Shown: positions 1-12,214, numbered from the whole stretch's first letter. The stretch is DNA of 63,031 nucleotides, filler included, from Stramenopiles sp. TOSAG23-6 (GCA_900128565.1; 49 parts of 49 records of this genome joined end to end with filler, not necessarily neighbours in it); one strand, 5' to 3'. Made by a program: numbers and translations. Notes: generated from the sequence alone by a model not told the origin.

Positions 1-2
1 TG

Positions 3-1144
3 GTAGATGCCGATAGTATAGAGAGATCAGTGAATCGGGGTGTGACTATTCTTAAACTTTTGCGAGATATCGCCCAAGAATTTACCACTAAAAAACAAGG
101 GAAAAAGGACCCTAGTATGGTCTTCGCAGACTTGGGTATGACGGCTTCTGTGCTTTTGTTGGAATTAAAGCGTTGCAACAGGGAAGTATTTGTTGGTCTT
201 CACGAATCAAAGAAGCTTGTTACTGCAAAAAAGGAATCTCTTGATGCAGCTTTTCTTGGTTTGCAAAATCTTGAATATGAAAAAGCTCATTTACTACGTC
301 AAATTGAACGAAACCAGTCAATTAAGACTGTTGAAATGGACAAAATAAAACTTGTATCTGAAAAAGAGTACAAAAAGTCGACTGGTGATACTTTAAAACG
401 GCATGGTAATGACCGACATGCATATCAGTTAAGTCGCTTAGCTCATGAACTATCAACACGACAATCTCAGCATCAAGCTGGCGAGGAGCTTGAATTTAAG
501 CGAGTTGCAATAAGCCGCCAGACTGCGGCGAAGTCTCAATTTATTAGTGGCCTGCCACGCCATCTCCGACAAATCGAAAAGTCTACTGAACCCCTACAAA
601 AGTACATTAAAATGCCAACATCATTGCGTCGTAAGAAACATGAACGTGCTAAATCATTGCCTTCGCCTTTATACGTGCTTTACTGTCAATTTGAAGGATA
701 TATTGACGCTTTTTCTTCACAACAGTCTGGAAGCGTCTCTAACATCAGGTACGTTTTCATTTGAATTTCGATTTTTTTTTTTTTGGTAAAAAAATTTTGT
801 ACCTAAAGCAAAACAAAATTATTATTTTGTACATATCAGTATACACATTTACGACGAGGAAGAAGAAAACGAAGAAGAGCGAAGACGAAAGTTTCCTTCT
901 AGAAAACGAAAACGGGTCGAGAAGGATATCGGTGCTAGCAAAACTAATAAAATTGCAGAGAAATCTGTCGTTGTTGAAAATTCTACTATTAAAACAGACC
1001 AATTGAATTGTCCTGTTGGACTTGGAATTTATCTCAGAATAGAAGTTGAAGATAAAAGCGGTAGACAGGCAGTTGATATTATATTTAGACATTTACCTTT
1101 ACTTAATGCCGTTACTGCTGAAACACGTGGGCATCCTAACGCAT
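3..1144 (+). CDS. THOC5: THO complex subunit 5-like (partial; intron 749-839)
   Basis: LLELKRCNR..K..LDAAFLGLQNLEYEKAHL, HAYQLSRLAHELSTR, FISGLPRHL..IEKSTEPLQ, AKSLPSPLYVLY match THOC5/FMIP. Confidence 0.85.
749..839 (+). mobile_element. Introner-family intron, GT-AG, flanked by ATCAG direct repeat
   Basis: aac atc ag|GTACGT..TTGTACCTAAAG..tacatatCAG|t ata cac joins the two open frames. Confidence 0.75.
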
Positions 1145-1203
1145 GTATGTTTTATTTTTTTTTCAAATTCGAATTTTTTTTTCGTACGAAATTTTGTACC
1201 TAA

Positions 1204-1303
1204 NNNNNNNNNNNNNNNNNNNNNNNNNNNNNNNNNNNNNNNNNNNNTTAATTAATTAANNNNNNNNNNNNNNNNNNNNNNNNNNNNNNNNNNNNNNNNN
1301 NNN
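1204..1303. other. Artificial contig linker (N-TTAATTAATTAA-N); first of ~48, recurring every ~1.28-1.30 kb
   Basis: Identical 12-mer with stops in all six frames flanked by ~44 N; spacing decreases steadily along the window, as expected for length-sorted contigs. Confidence 0.99.
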
Positions 1304-1356
1304 TTGTACCTAACAATTTTTTTAGATTTTTTTTGAAATATTTTTCCAAAATACAT

Positions 1357-2266
1357 GCCTGTTGTAGTACAATTACTGTTGCATCCTCATTCTTGGGTTC
1401 GTCTGGCATCTTCTCGGATAGTTGGTATGTTTGTATCAAGAACAAATCCTAAACAATTATCGGATAATTCAAATAATTGTATAACAGAAAAAAGTTTTTT
1501 GTGCAATCCAGGAATTCTCTTTGATCTAGCTAAATTTTCTTGCATGCAATTACAAAGTACAATATTGACTGAAAATCAAGCCCGACAAACAATTAAAAAT
1601 TTAGTGTACTGTGGTATTGCTATGTCATTTAATCCAACACTTTGTTTTACTGAAGAAATCAAAAAAGAGATATTTGAAAATGAATCTGATGAAATGTCAA
1701 AAACAATTCAAGTATCAGAAAGACCATTAAATTGGTTGTTTCATCGTATGGCAGGTTTGTGTCGCGAACAAAGAAGAATAAAACGTGACAAAAATGGTAA
1801 AGTAGCTCGTGATGCTGCAGAGCATGCTCTTCGAGTAGGTGATATTACAGGTATCAGACGTCGTGCAGTATTCAGATGGTTTGGTGCAATTACAGTGTCT
1901 TTGAATGTGAACAAAACTGCTTCTTATTTATCTGTTGTTTTACCCGTTTTATTACAAGCTCAAGCTAAAATTGAAGGAAGAGAAGCAAAACATGCCAAAC
2001 GATCTGAGCAAAGCACAGCAACATTAGCACAAGAAGTTCTTGCTTTATTATCAAAAACTCATGATTCAAAAGTTTATTTAGATGAGCATCATAAGTCTGT
2101 GTTGAAATATAAAGAAACGAAACGTGAACGAAAGAAAAAAAGAGCAATTGAAAAAATTGTGAATCCTATGGCACATACTCAAAGAAAACGTGCTAGACAT
2201 TTACATGCTAGAGCACAAAGAAAACTTAAACTCCAACAGCATAAAATGAAGGAAGGAAGAAGATAG
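1357..2266 (+). CDS. UTP20: UTP20-like (U3 snoRNP) C-terminal exon
   Basis: LLLHPHSWVRLASSRIVG, ARQTIKNLVY, RRRAVFRWFGA, basic tail; preceded by element 3' end CCAAAATACAT|. Confidence 0.8.
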
Positions 2267-2658
2267 AGATTGTAGAGATTATATATTGAATTTTCAACCG
2301 CATAAAATGAAGGAAGGAAGAAGATAGAGATTTTAGAGATTATATATTGAATTTTGTATGTAAAAGATATCGCCATATATATGAAAAGTGAAAAAGACAA
2401 AAGCAAAATATTAATAGAATTTTATTGTAAAAAGAGTAATAAAGATTATATACTCTATTGGTAAAATACTTTCAATTCTTCGTTTTCCTACTCGTTTCTT
2501 CATCTNNNNNNNNNNNNNNNNNNNNNNNNNNNNNNNNNNNNNNNNNNNNTTAATTAATTAANNNNNNNNNNNNNNNNNNNNNNNNNNNNNNNNNNNNNNN
2601 NNNNNTTGTACCTAACAATTTTTTTAGATTTTTTTTGAAATATTTTTCCAAAATACAT

Positions 2659-3568
2659 GCCTGTTGTAGTACAATTACTGTTGCATCCTCATTCTTGGGT
2701 TCGTCTGGCATCTTCTCGGATAGTTGGTATGTTTGTATCAAGAACAAATCCTAAACAATTATCGGATAATTCAAATAATTGTATAACAGAAAAAAGTTTT
2801 TTGTGCAATCCAGGAATTCTCTTTGATCTAGCTAAATTTTCTTGCATGCAATTACAAAGTACAATATTGACTGAAAATCAAGCCCGACAAACAATTAAAA
2901 ATTTAGTGTACTGTGGTATTGCTATGTCATTTAATCCAACACTTTGTTTTACTGAAGAAATCAAAAAAGAGATATTTGAAAATGAATCTGATGAAATGTC
3001 AAAAACAATTCAAGTATCAGAAAGACCATTAAATTGGTTGTTTCATCGTATGGCAGGTTTGTGTCGCGAACAAAGAAGAATAAAACGTGACAAAAATGGT
3101 AAAGTAGCTCGTGATGCTGCAGAGCATGCTCTTCGAGTAGGTGATATTACAGGTATCAGACGTCGTGCAGTATTCAGATGGTTTGGTGCAATTACAGTGT
3201 CTTTGAATGTGAACAAAACTGCTTCTTATTTATCTGTTGTTTTACCCGTTTTATTACAAGCTCAAGCTAAAATTGAAGGAAGAGAAGCAAAACATGCCAA
3301 ACGATCTGAGCAAAGCACAGCAACATTAGCACAAGAAGTTCTTGCTTTATTATCAAAAACTCATGATTCAAAAGTTTATTTAGATGAGCATCATAAGTCT
3401 GTGTTGAAATATAAAGAAACGAAACGTGAACGAAAGAAAAAAAGAGCAATTGAAAAAATTGTGAATCCTATGGCACATACTCAAAGAAAACGTGCTAGAC
3501 ATTTACATGCTAGAGCACAAAGAAAACTTAAACTCCAACAGCATAAAATGAAGGAAGGAAGAAGATAG
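2659..3568 (+). CDS. UTP20: Exact duplicate contig of the UTP20 fragment
   Basis: 2606-3807 is identical to 1304-2505. Confidence 0.8.
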
Positions 3569-3972
3569 AGATTGTAGAGATTATATATTGAATTTTCAAC
3601 CGCATAAAATGAAGGAAGGAAGAAGATAGAGATTTTAGAGATTATATATTGAATTTTGTATGTAAAAGATATCGCCATATATATGAAAAGTGAAAAAGAC
3701 AAAAGCAAAATATTAATAGAATTTTATTGTAAAAAGAGTAATAAAGATTATATACTCTATTGGTAAAATACTTTCAATTCTTCGTTTTCCTACTCGTTTC
3801 TTCATCTNNNNNNNNNNNNNNNNNNNNNNNNNNNNNNNNNNNNNNNNNNNNTTAATTAATTAANNNNNNNNNNNNNNNNNNNNNNNNNNNNNNNNNNNNN
3901 NNNNNNNTAGGTACAAAATTTCGTACGAAAAAAAAATTCGATTTTTTTGTTAAAAAAAAAAATGAAACATAC

Positions 3973-5063
3973 ATAACCATTCTTCATCACTCTCCAGAGG
4001 CCTTAAATGACCGGGTGGTGTATTAACAATACAGTATTGTGGAGATTCAGAAGATTGTGATTTTCTTTCTGAAGGTTTTGTCTTTGTCGGTGTTTGGTGT
4101 ATGTTTTGCGTCGAATTGGAATTATCATTTTTTGTATTACATTCCGCACCGAACAATTTTTTTGTCGTTGTTGTAATTTCCATTGTATTTTTGTCACTTT
4201 CATCTGGCACACAATTTTTTTGAACACAATTTTCTGCATCTACTTTCATATTATCTACAGAATCACATAAATTTGGATTTGTAATATTATCTACAGACCC
4301 TAAGGAAACACATCCATTTCGTGAATTTGTAGAATGTTGTGTGAGATGTAAATTCTCATTTGATGTATGAGCAGATTTTGTGTCATTTGATGTATGAGCA
4401 GATTTTGTGTCACGAATTCGCTTTTTAGGTGAGCCAAACATCCGACGAAATCGTTCTCGAAGTTCCTGTTCTAATTTCACAGCGGCATCTATTGCTGCAG
4501 CAGATAACTTTGGTTTTTGAGAATGATGTATTTTGGAAAAATATTTCAAAAAAAATCTACAACAATTTGTTAGGTACAAATTTTTTTTTTTTTTACGGAA
4601 AATAAAAAAAAAAAATAAATTCGATTTTTTTTTTACCGTAAAAAAAAAAACATAAAACATAAAACATAAAACATACATCAAACAAATAGGTCGTTGTCGG
4701 TCGTAGATACCCACAGAGGTTTTGATGGCTCTTGGTAGTAAACTGTTTTGATGATAAAAGAGGATTACCAACAGAAAAAATATGATCAGGATTTCCCGTG
4801 ATATTGACTGCATTGGTAAAATTAGAAGAGGATTTACATGCCACATTTTTTGAGTGTGTATTTCCTGAAAAAGAATGTTGATACGTAGGCAAAGGCACCA
4901 CGAGAGTGTCCTTTACAGTTTTGTTTTTATTTCGATGTCGGCGATTTTTCTCATTTTTTTTACTTTTATTTGTTGAACGGCGAACATTTCGTGTATTTTT
5001 TCGTACTCTTGATGAAGTATTGCTACGACGCCTTTGTTGTGGTAGACCTTGGTCGATGCTATC
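3973..5063 (-). CDS. Hypothetical low-complexity protein, 2 exons (GT-AT intron 4526-4676)
   Basis: ttt gat|GTATGT..AATACAT|cat tct caa joins two open frames in phase 0. Confidence 0.6.
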
Positions 5064-5287
5064 CTGTATTTTGGAAAAATATTTCAAAAAAAAAAAAAAA
5101 ATTGTTAGNNNNNNNNNNNNNNNNNNNNNNNNNNNNNNNNNNNNNNNNNNNNTTAATTAATTAANNNNNNNNNNNNNNNNNNNNNNNNNNNNNNNNNNNN
5201 NNNNNNNNTTCGTACGAAATTTTGTACCTAACAATTTTTTTTTTTTTTTGGTAAAAAAATTTTTTGAAATATTTTTTCAAAATTCAT

Positions 5288-5584
5288 GGTGTCATCAAAA
5301 CAAGATTAATTCTACATGTAGAGTGTGATCCACATTTACTAAAAGTTCCTCAATGGTTGGTTAATGTTGGATTATACACTGTTGCTCCATCGATGCATAC
5401 GATGATTAATGATACTTTATTACAAGTCTTATTACTTGACAAGAATAAAAAAAATAAAAAAAATGAAAAAAATGAAAAAAATAAAAATATTCCTGAAAAA
5501 ATGCAAAACAGAATGAAGCAGAGAAAATTATATACATCTATACAACATCGAGTGTCTTGTCTTATGAATTCTATGAAACAATAA
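5288..5584 (+). CDS. START-like domain protein, last exon
   Basis: TRLILHVECDPHLLKVPQWLVN..VAP resembles the START C-terminal strand/helix; follows AATTCAT|. Confidence 0.45.
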   Translation, partial: GVIKTRLILHVECDPHLLKVPQWLVNVGLYTVAPSMHTMINDTLLQVLLLDKNKKNKKNEKNEKNKNIPEKMQNRMKQRKLYTSIQHRVSCLMNSMKQ

Positions 5585-5748
5585 AATATATTTAACCCTA
5601 ACCCTAACTCAAGTGATTTTTTTTTTTTAATTTTTAAAAAATTTTTAAATTTTTTAAAATTTTTTATTTTTAAATATTTTCTCACATAAAAAAAAATGAT
5701 AGGAAAACATCATAAAAATCAAAAAAGATTTATGCTAGTAATAATACT

Positions 5749-6356
5749 TCATGTATCTTTTCAAAATATTCATTTTCATTATTGTTTTTACAATCATTGG
5801 CTAGTTCAGTCAAGATTAATACACATTCCTTCCTTTGTAAAATGTATTTTGGAAAATATTTTTTGAGTTTTTTTTGTTAGGTACAAAATTTACTATGAAA
5901 AAAAAAAAAAAAATTTCAAAAAAAATTTCAAAAAAAATCCAAATTCAATTTTGAAACCGTACATATTTTTTACTACATTGTCATTGATTAATAAATTATC
6001 AATTATTTTTTTTGCTTCACTTATTTGTTGCATTTGAATAAAAACTCGAGTTAACCAGATGTGAACAAGTGAGTTATTACAGTTACATTTATTTGCTTGT
6101 AGTATTGCTTGTTGTGCATCTATATAAGCTTCATATAAAAAATTGCAAATTCCAAGTCTTAGCCAAACAGTTGAGAAAAAGTGTGTCATGTTACCCGGTA
6201 CTATCATTTTGGTCAGAATTAATTTTGCTTCACTGAGCATGTTTGTCGCAATATACTGCTTTGATAATTGTAATTGAATTGCTACACCATTCATAGACGT
6301 ATTGAATGAAAACATGTTTGTTCCATTTAGTAATGAATTTGTTTGTTTGTTTTGGA
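5749..6356 (-). CDS. TPR-like protein C-terminus (GT-AT intron 5842-5962)
   Basis: VWLRLGICNFLYEAYIDAQQAILQAN TPR-like; aat at|GTACGG..TACAT|t tta caa continues the frame. Confidence 0.55.
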
Positions 6357-6561
6357 ATGTATTTTGGAAAAATATTTCAAAATTTACTAAAAAAAAAATT
6401 TGTTAGGTANNNNNNNNNNNNNNNNNNNNNNNNNNNNNNNNNNNNNNNNNNNNTTAATTAATTAANNNNNNNNNNNNNNNNNNNNNNNNNNNNNNNNNNN
6501 NNNNNNNNNCTAATCTAACCTAACCAAAAAAAAAAAAAAAAAATATTTTTTTACAAAACAT

Positions 6562-7550
6562 GTACGATGTAAAGAATTACTTGATATTATGATACGTGTG
6601 AAGAATGCAAAATCATTTTCTGATCAAGAAAATTATAGTATTGAAAATGCGTATATTCAATGCGTCCCTCAGCAAAACTCTGAGAGAATTAAAATACAAC
6701 TTCCTATTATACATCAATTTATTGAATATCTAATTTTTGATGTATTAAAATCGACAAAAGTTGTCGTTACATACAAAGTTTTAAAGAAATTACCTTGGGA
6801 TTCTGATTCAACGATAATGTATGTTTTATTTTTTTGAAATATTTTTTTGAAATATTTTTTTTTTTTAATAGTAAATTTTGTACCTAACAAATTTTTTTAG
6901 AATTTTTTTGAAATATTTTTCCAAAATATATGCCTTTTCTAGTAAATACCTTTTTGAATGCAACGCGTGGTGAATATAAAAAATTAGCATGTCGGTGTTT
7001 ATTATTACAATATTGTACAAATAATTCTTTTGTTCCGCTGAGTAATATGTATGTTTTATTTTTTTTTAATATTTTTTTTTTTAAATTTTTCATAGTAAAA
7101 TTTGTACCTAACAAATTTTCAAAATTTTTTTTTATTTTTTTTTTAAATATTTTTTTTTAAATTTTTTTTAAATTTTTTTTTATTTTTTTTTAATTTTTTT
7201 TCCAAAAAATTTTCATAGTAAAATTTGTACCTAACAAATTTTCAAAATTGTTTTGAAATATTTTTCCAAAATGCATGGTAGTTCGTTGTCTTGATCAATT
7301 ATTAGAGTCGATTCATTTTGGTTTACAAAATCCAAATTATTGTAATCAACAAAAACAAATTGGTGAAATTTTAATGCTGGGATGTTTATATGAATATGCT
7401 ATGGTTGATGCAAAGACTATATTTGATGTATTATTTGAAATTATTGAAATTGGACACGAAATCCCAGAAGAAATGTTAAAAGAGATACAAGCAAAAAAAG
7501 ATGTCAACTTGAAAGATTTTGTCAGTATGAACACAAGAAAATCTCATCCT
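6562..7550 (+). CDS. UPF2: Nonsense-mediated decay factor UPF2 (MIF4G region), 3 exons
   Basis: IENAYIQC.P, HQFIEYLIF, VLKKLPW, LDQLLESIHFGL..NQQKQI..LGCLYEYAMVDAKTIFDVLF follow the UPF2 order. Confidence 0.85.
6819..6931 (+). mobile_element. Introner-family intron, GT-AT (TAT acceptor) in UPF2
   Basis: ata at|GTATGT..TGTACCTAAC..CCAAAATATAT|g cct ttt. Confidence 0.85.
7049..7276 (+). mobile_element. Introner-family intron, GT-AT, internally duplicated (two branch motifs) in UPF2
   Basis: aat at|GTATGT..CCAAAATGCAT|g gta gtt cgt. Confidence 0.8.
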
Positions 7551-8342
7551 GTATGTTTTATTTTTTTTTTTACAAAAAAATCGAATTTATTTATTTTTTT
7601 TTTTACAAAAAAATCGAATTTATTTTTTTTTTTTGGTAAAATTTTTTTTTTCATACGAAATTTTGTACCTAACAATTTTTTTTTTTTTGGTAAATTTTGA
7701 AATATTTTTCNNNNNNNNNNNNNNNNNNNNNNNNNNNNNNNNNNNNNNNNNNNNTTAATTAATTAANNNNNNNNNNNNNNNNNNNNNNNNNNNNNNNNNN
7801 NNNNNNNNNNTACAATTATGCTCAATGTTTTGTATGTATGCTGCTTACTTTGACTTTCGACTGAAACTTTATCACTTATACTTCGACTTGTGTGTGTGTG
7901 TAAACACGTGCCATGCATGGTGTAAAAGAACACGAAATATTGTCTTTTTTTTCAAAATCACGAAATCTCTTACAAATGAAAAAAATCAAGAACTTTCTTC
8001 ATAAAAAAAACATTTTGTGTTGTAACTTGTAACAGATTTTACTGCGTATTTCCTTTTACGTAAGAATTTGTCATACTTTTCAACAAATCTTTCTTGACAT
8101 TCAAAAAACAACTATACCATAATTTCATCTATATTATTCGCCTTAAAAGAGTATAGATACATTGTATACTATACTATTACGCTGCATTTAACATTTGTAT
8201 ACTATATTGGATCACAAAAGTAGTACAAAACGAGTGTCTTTGTCCACACGTCATTTCAAATTCTTCCTTGACAGTTTACCTCTCGGTCTTTTTCTACACG
8301 ACGCAACGAACACTGTACGACACTCATTGAAAACATATAAGC

Positions 8343-9010
8343 ATGTCTTGCTCGAGTACTAAACGAACATGTAAGCGCAGAGACACAGATTTAATGAAAT
8401 TGATGATGTCTGACTACGAAGTTCATCTAACTGATCATGACAGCTCTGCTGATTTTTTCGTCAAACTTTCCGGACCTAATGAAACAGCGTACGAAGGTGG
8501 AACTTGGAAGGTTCACGTCCAACTTCCAATTGATTATCCGTATAAATCACCATCTATTGCCTTTGATAACAAACTGTACCATCCAAATGTTGATGAAATC
8601 ACAGGTTCAGTTTGCCTTGACGTCATCAACCAAACATGGTCGCCCATGTATGTTGTTGTATTTTGAGTTTTTTTTGAGTTTTTTTTGAGTTTTTTTTTTC
8701 GTAGGTAATTTTGTACCTAAGAACTTTTTTTTTTTTTTAAATTTTTTTACGAAAAAAAAAAAATGAAATTTTTTTTTACAAAACTGTTTTTTTCATACAA
8801 TTTTCTATATCTAACAAAAAAATGTTTGAATGTTTTGATATTTTTTTTTCTACAGGTTTGATTTAATTAATGTGTTTAATGTGTTTTTACCACAATTATT
8901 AAGATATCCAAACCCTACAGATCCTCTTAATGGTGAAGCAGCTGCATTATTATTAAAAAATCCAAAATTATATAATGAAAAAGTAAAGGATTACGTGTAC
9001 GTCTCTCAAA
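8343..9010 (+). CDS. UBE2H: Ubiquitin-conjugating enzyme E2 (UBE2H/UBC8), intron 8648-8855
   Basis: [71 protein letters not shown]. Confidence 0.95.
8648..8855 (+). mobile_element. Introner-related intron with canonical GT-AG ends
   Basis: ccc at|GTATGT..TTTGTACCTAAG..TTCTACAG|g ttt gat gives conserved SPMFDL. Confidence 0.85.
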
Positions 9011-9110
9011 NNNNNNNNNNNNNNNNNNNNNNNNNNNNNNNNNNNNNNNNNNNNTTAATTAATTAANNNNNNNNNNNNNNNNNNNNNNNNNNNNNNNNNN
9101 NNNNNNNNNN

Positions 9111-9470
9111 AATTTCAACTGCCAACTGACCAGTAGTTTTTGTTTTGAAGTTTACACAGTTGTATGTCATCCAATTTCTGTTTTTTTCGTCAGTAGTCTT
9201 CTTACCCTTCTTGCGTTGATTGCAGTAGAATGTATCTCCCAAAATGTTGATATCAGTAATATCAAACGTTTGATGAATTCGTTGAATGTCGGCAAGCGCA
9301 AGCTTATCTTTGACTTTCATTTTGTGTGTCACGATATTCGTAGTAGCCGTCCAGTTTGGAGGTAGAAGTATACGAAAAGCATTACCATCATGTTTTACAG
9401 TTACAGTTACAGTCATTCCAACATTAAACAAAGCAAGTAGAATGATCCAACATAAACGAATACCTTTCAT
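9111..9470 (-). CDS. Secreted protein N-terminus, unknown
   Basis: Signal-peptide-like MKGIRLCWIILLALFNVG; open to contig end. Confidence 0.5.
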
Positions 9471-9843
9471 GGTTGGATTGTATTTGTATTAGTATTTGCG
9501 TTTTCTGGCGTATAAAATGACAAGGTTCCTTGGTCAGCTGATAATTTGACGCCGGCGGAAACAAACCTGCTTCGCTCACAGCGATTCGATTCGGTGAGAT
9601 ATAATTAATATTCGGTGTCTTTGTGGAGCTAATAATTGTAAAAAATGGTCATAAAAGCGGATAAAAGCAATGGTTAAATAAAATTGAAAAACGTAATCTA
9701 TAATAAAGATTTAACATTTTATTTTTTTTTATTAGACACTCGTGATATGATCTGTACAATTTTGCCATATATATACAAGTGAAATCAATAAAACATTGGT
9801 TTTACACAATTTTCATTTTTTTTGAGATTTTTGTTCACACTTA

Positions 9844-10310
9844 CTACCCATCTTGTGGTAAATTTAAAGGTCTCTGCAGTTTATATGCTTTAATTGCCTT
9901 ATCATATGCTTTTGCAGCAGATTTTTCATCATTGAAGTAACCCAAATATTTTTTTTTTCCATTAATTTGAATTTGAGCTTTCCATTTTTTCTTTGTTTTA
10001 TGCCAGTTGACACCTTTATATTTTGATGTTAGTTGTACTTGTGATTTGAAATTCATTCGACGTTTCTCTTGTAAACCGTTCTCAATTATAAATTTATCAT
10101 ATCTTCTTGCTGCTTCTTTTTCATTTGTAAAATAACCAAGAAAATCTCTTTTACCTTCATAGCGGACAGTCGCAGCCCATTTCTTATTGAATTTATTCCA
10201 ATAAACACCAAGAAATATTGATGAGTTCACGTAATTATGAGGATCTCTTTTTCTTCTCTTTCGACGTTTACGGCTTGTTCCATTTTTATGTTCACTTGTA
10301 TCATCAGTAG
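9844..10310 (-). CDS. Protein with two AP2/ERF DNA-binding domains (partial)
   Basis: SSIFLGVYW..KKWAA..LGYFTNEKEAARRYD and SKYKGVNW..KKWKAQI..YLGYFNDEKSAAKAYD. Confidence 0.9.
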
Positions 10311-10410
10311 NNNNNNNNNNNNNNNNNNNNNNNNNNNNNNNNNNNNNNNNNNNNTTAATTAATTAANNNNNNNNNNNNNNNNNNNNNNNNNNNNNNNNNN
10401 NNNNNNNNNN

Positions 10411-10709
10411 CAATAGTGGGAACTTTACTTTGCACAGTTTTGAAATGGATAATAATTGATCGATTTCAATTACCACCATTTGAAAGAGGACATCTTGCAA
10501 AGAGTATGGTTATTGTTCTATTGTCTATAGTTTTTTTTGTCAAGGCACTAGATGATCAAAAAGATCCGTATAGGTCTTATCATGGATGCTGGCATTTGTG
10601 TATAGGTTTTGGTTCATACTACAACTGGACTATTTTACCTTCGCCAAATGAACGCAATCAAAAAAGTATCAACAACAAACTTGAGAAGACACATATGAAA
10701 ATTTCATAG
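10411..10709 (+). CDS. TMEM8/PGAP6-like (CREST superfamily) membrane protein C-terminus
   Basis: TM helices and Y..YHGCWH motif. Confidence 0.6.
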
Positions 10710-10897
10710 GGTTGTTTTTATTTATACGATAACAATAAACTGTAGTACATCAGGTATTTTTGATAATTTATTCATTGGTAAATAACCAAAGATACCTTCC
10801 TACATTTTACCTGTATCGTAAAAATATCCACATCCCTTATGATGTAATATATACAAATATGTACAATGGACTATATACATATATACACGTAGTTTCA

Positions 10898-11489
10898 TTA
10901 TTTCGCTCTCAAATCTTTCAAAAGTCGTTTTGCTAAATAGAGTTTTTTACCAGATGTGGAAAGTCCACGTTCTTCAAGCTCTCTTTTTAGGTCTACTACT
11001 TTTTTTGTCCTCAAAATTTGTTTCAGTGACATGATTTGTTTTGGTATACATTTTTTGTTTTTATTTTTTTTCTGATGTGTCGTGTTGTGAAGCTTTGACG
11101 GGATCTTTGATTCTGTGTTGGAGACATTTAGCAATGAGAAGATAGGATGATACGTAGTAATAGATGTGTTTCTTACTTTTGGTGTAAGTCCTGTAGAATC
11201 ATCAACTGGAGTGTTACCATGCTTTAGTAACTTGGACGATGAAGTATTAATTCTTGGACTTTTTGTAGGACGAACAAAAACTGAGGGAAACTTNNNNNNN
11301 NNNNNNNNNNNNNNNNNNNNNNNNNNNNNNNNNNNNNNNNNNNNNNNCAGACTCCTCGGAATCACTTATGATATCGCAAGTGGGATTAAATGTCTCTAAC
11401 ATTTCAATATAAGATGAATACTTGAGACCATTGGGATTGAACGTTGTTGAAGAAGGTGTACGAGGGGAAGAAATTGTGAAATTCATCAT
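10898..11489 (-). CDS. Low-complexity protein with C-terminal SAP domain (internal gap)
   Basis: KKVVDLKRELEERGLSTSGKKLYLAKRL. Confidence 0.7.
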
Positions 11490-12214
11490 CGTATTACAAA
11501 TGGATCAATGAAAACCGGTAATATTCGGTAGCTGTAGACAAGTCAATTCGTAAGGAGAATTAATTAACAGAAAAAGACCAAAATCTTTCATAAAAATTTT
11601 GACACTCTCCNNNNNNNNNNNNNNNNNNNNNNNNNNNNNNNNNNNNNNNNNNNNTTAATTAATTAANNNNNNNNNNNNNNNNNNNNNNNNNNNNNNNNNN
11701 NNNNNNNNNNCTCTTATGAAGCCAACCAAAACGAACTGGCGTAGGCCACTTACCGTTCTCTACATTTGGAAAAAAGTTTACTGAGATTTCACGATCAAAT
11801 TTCGAGAGTGCAAGCACTCCACGCGTGTGTGGTAAGAGCGCATTTTTTGCTTCCGTCATTACTTCAAACTTTAATTAACATCAATGAAATGTCGAAGGTA
11901 TATCAGAATATTCAATAGAGTCGCGTTGCTTCTACAACAAACAACACTTGAATCGAATGAAGAAGAAAAACAACGCTTGAGTCTTGACTTGAGTCAGAGC
12001 TTATGACCGTCTATATTTTTTAGTTATATTTTGTGCATTCGTACTAAATACATGAGATTCTGTAATAAAAGCCATCGCAGCTGTTAATCATTTTCAAAAA
12101 ATTAGCTACTGTGTGACTCGTGTCGAGCAAGCGCACGTGTGCGCAAAACTTTGTTTCTGTTTCTTCTTTGTTCTCTTCTTCAGATAAGTCGACACAATTA
12201 AATTAACTTGAATC

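Noticed and set aside
1248-1259. Regularly spaced TTAATTAATTAA as a CRISPR-like or biological repeat
   Set aside because: Six-frame-stop linker inside N padding; gene adjacency across linkers has no meaning
2239-2355. ~61-nt tandem duplication across the UTP20 stop codon
   Set aside because: Probably real (one mismatch) but an ordinary local duplication with no coding effect
6819-6931. DNA-level eliminated sequences (ciliate IES-like)
   Set aside because: Strict sense orientation, GTAYGT donor and CTAAC branch favour RNA splicing; formally excluded only if genomic reads show no empty sites
9844-10310. AP2 protein as HNH-AP2 homing endonuclease or the element's mobiliser
   Set aside because: No nuclease or DDE domain in the visible part; no transposase or reverse transcriptase seen anywhere in the window
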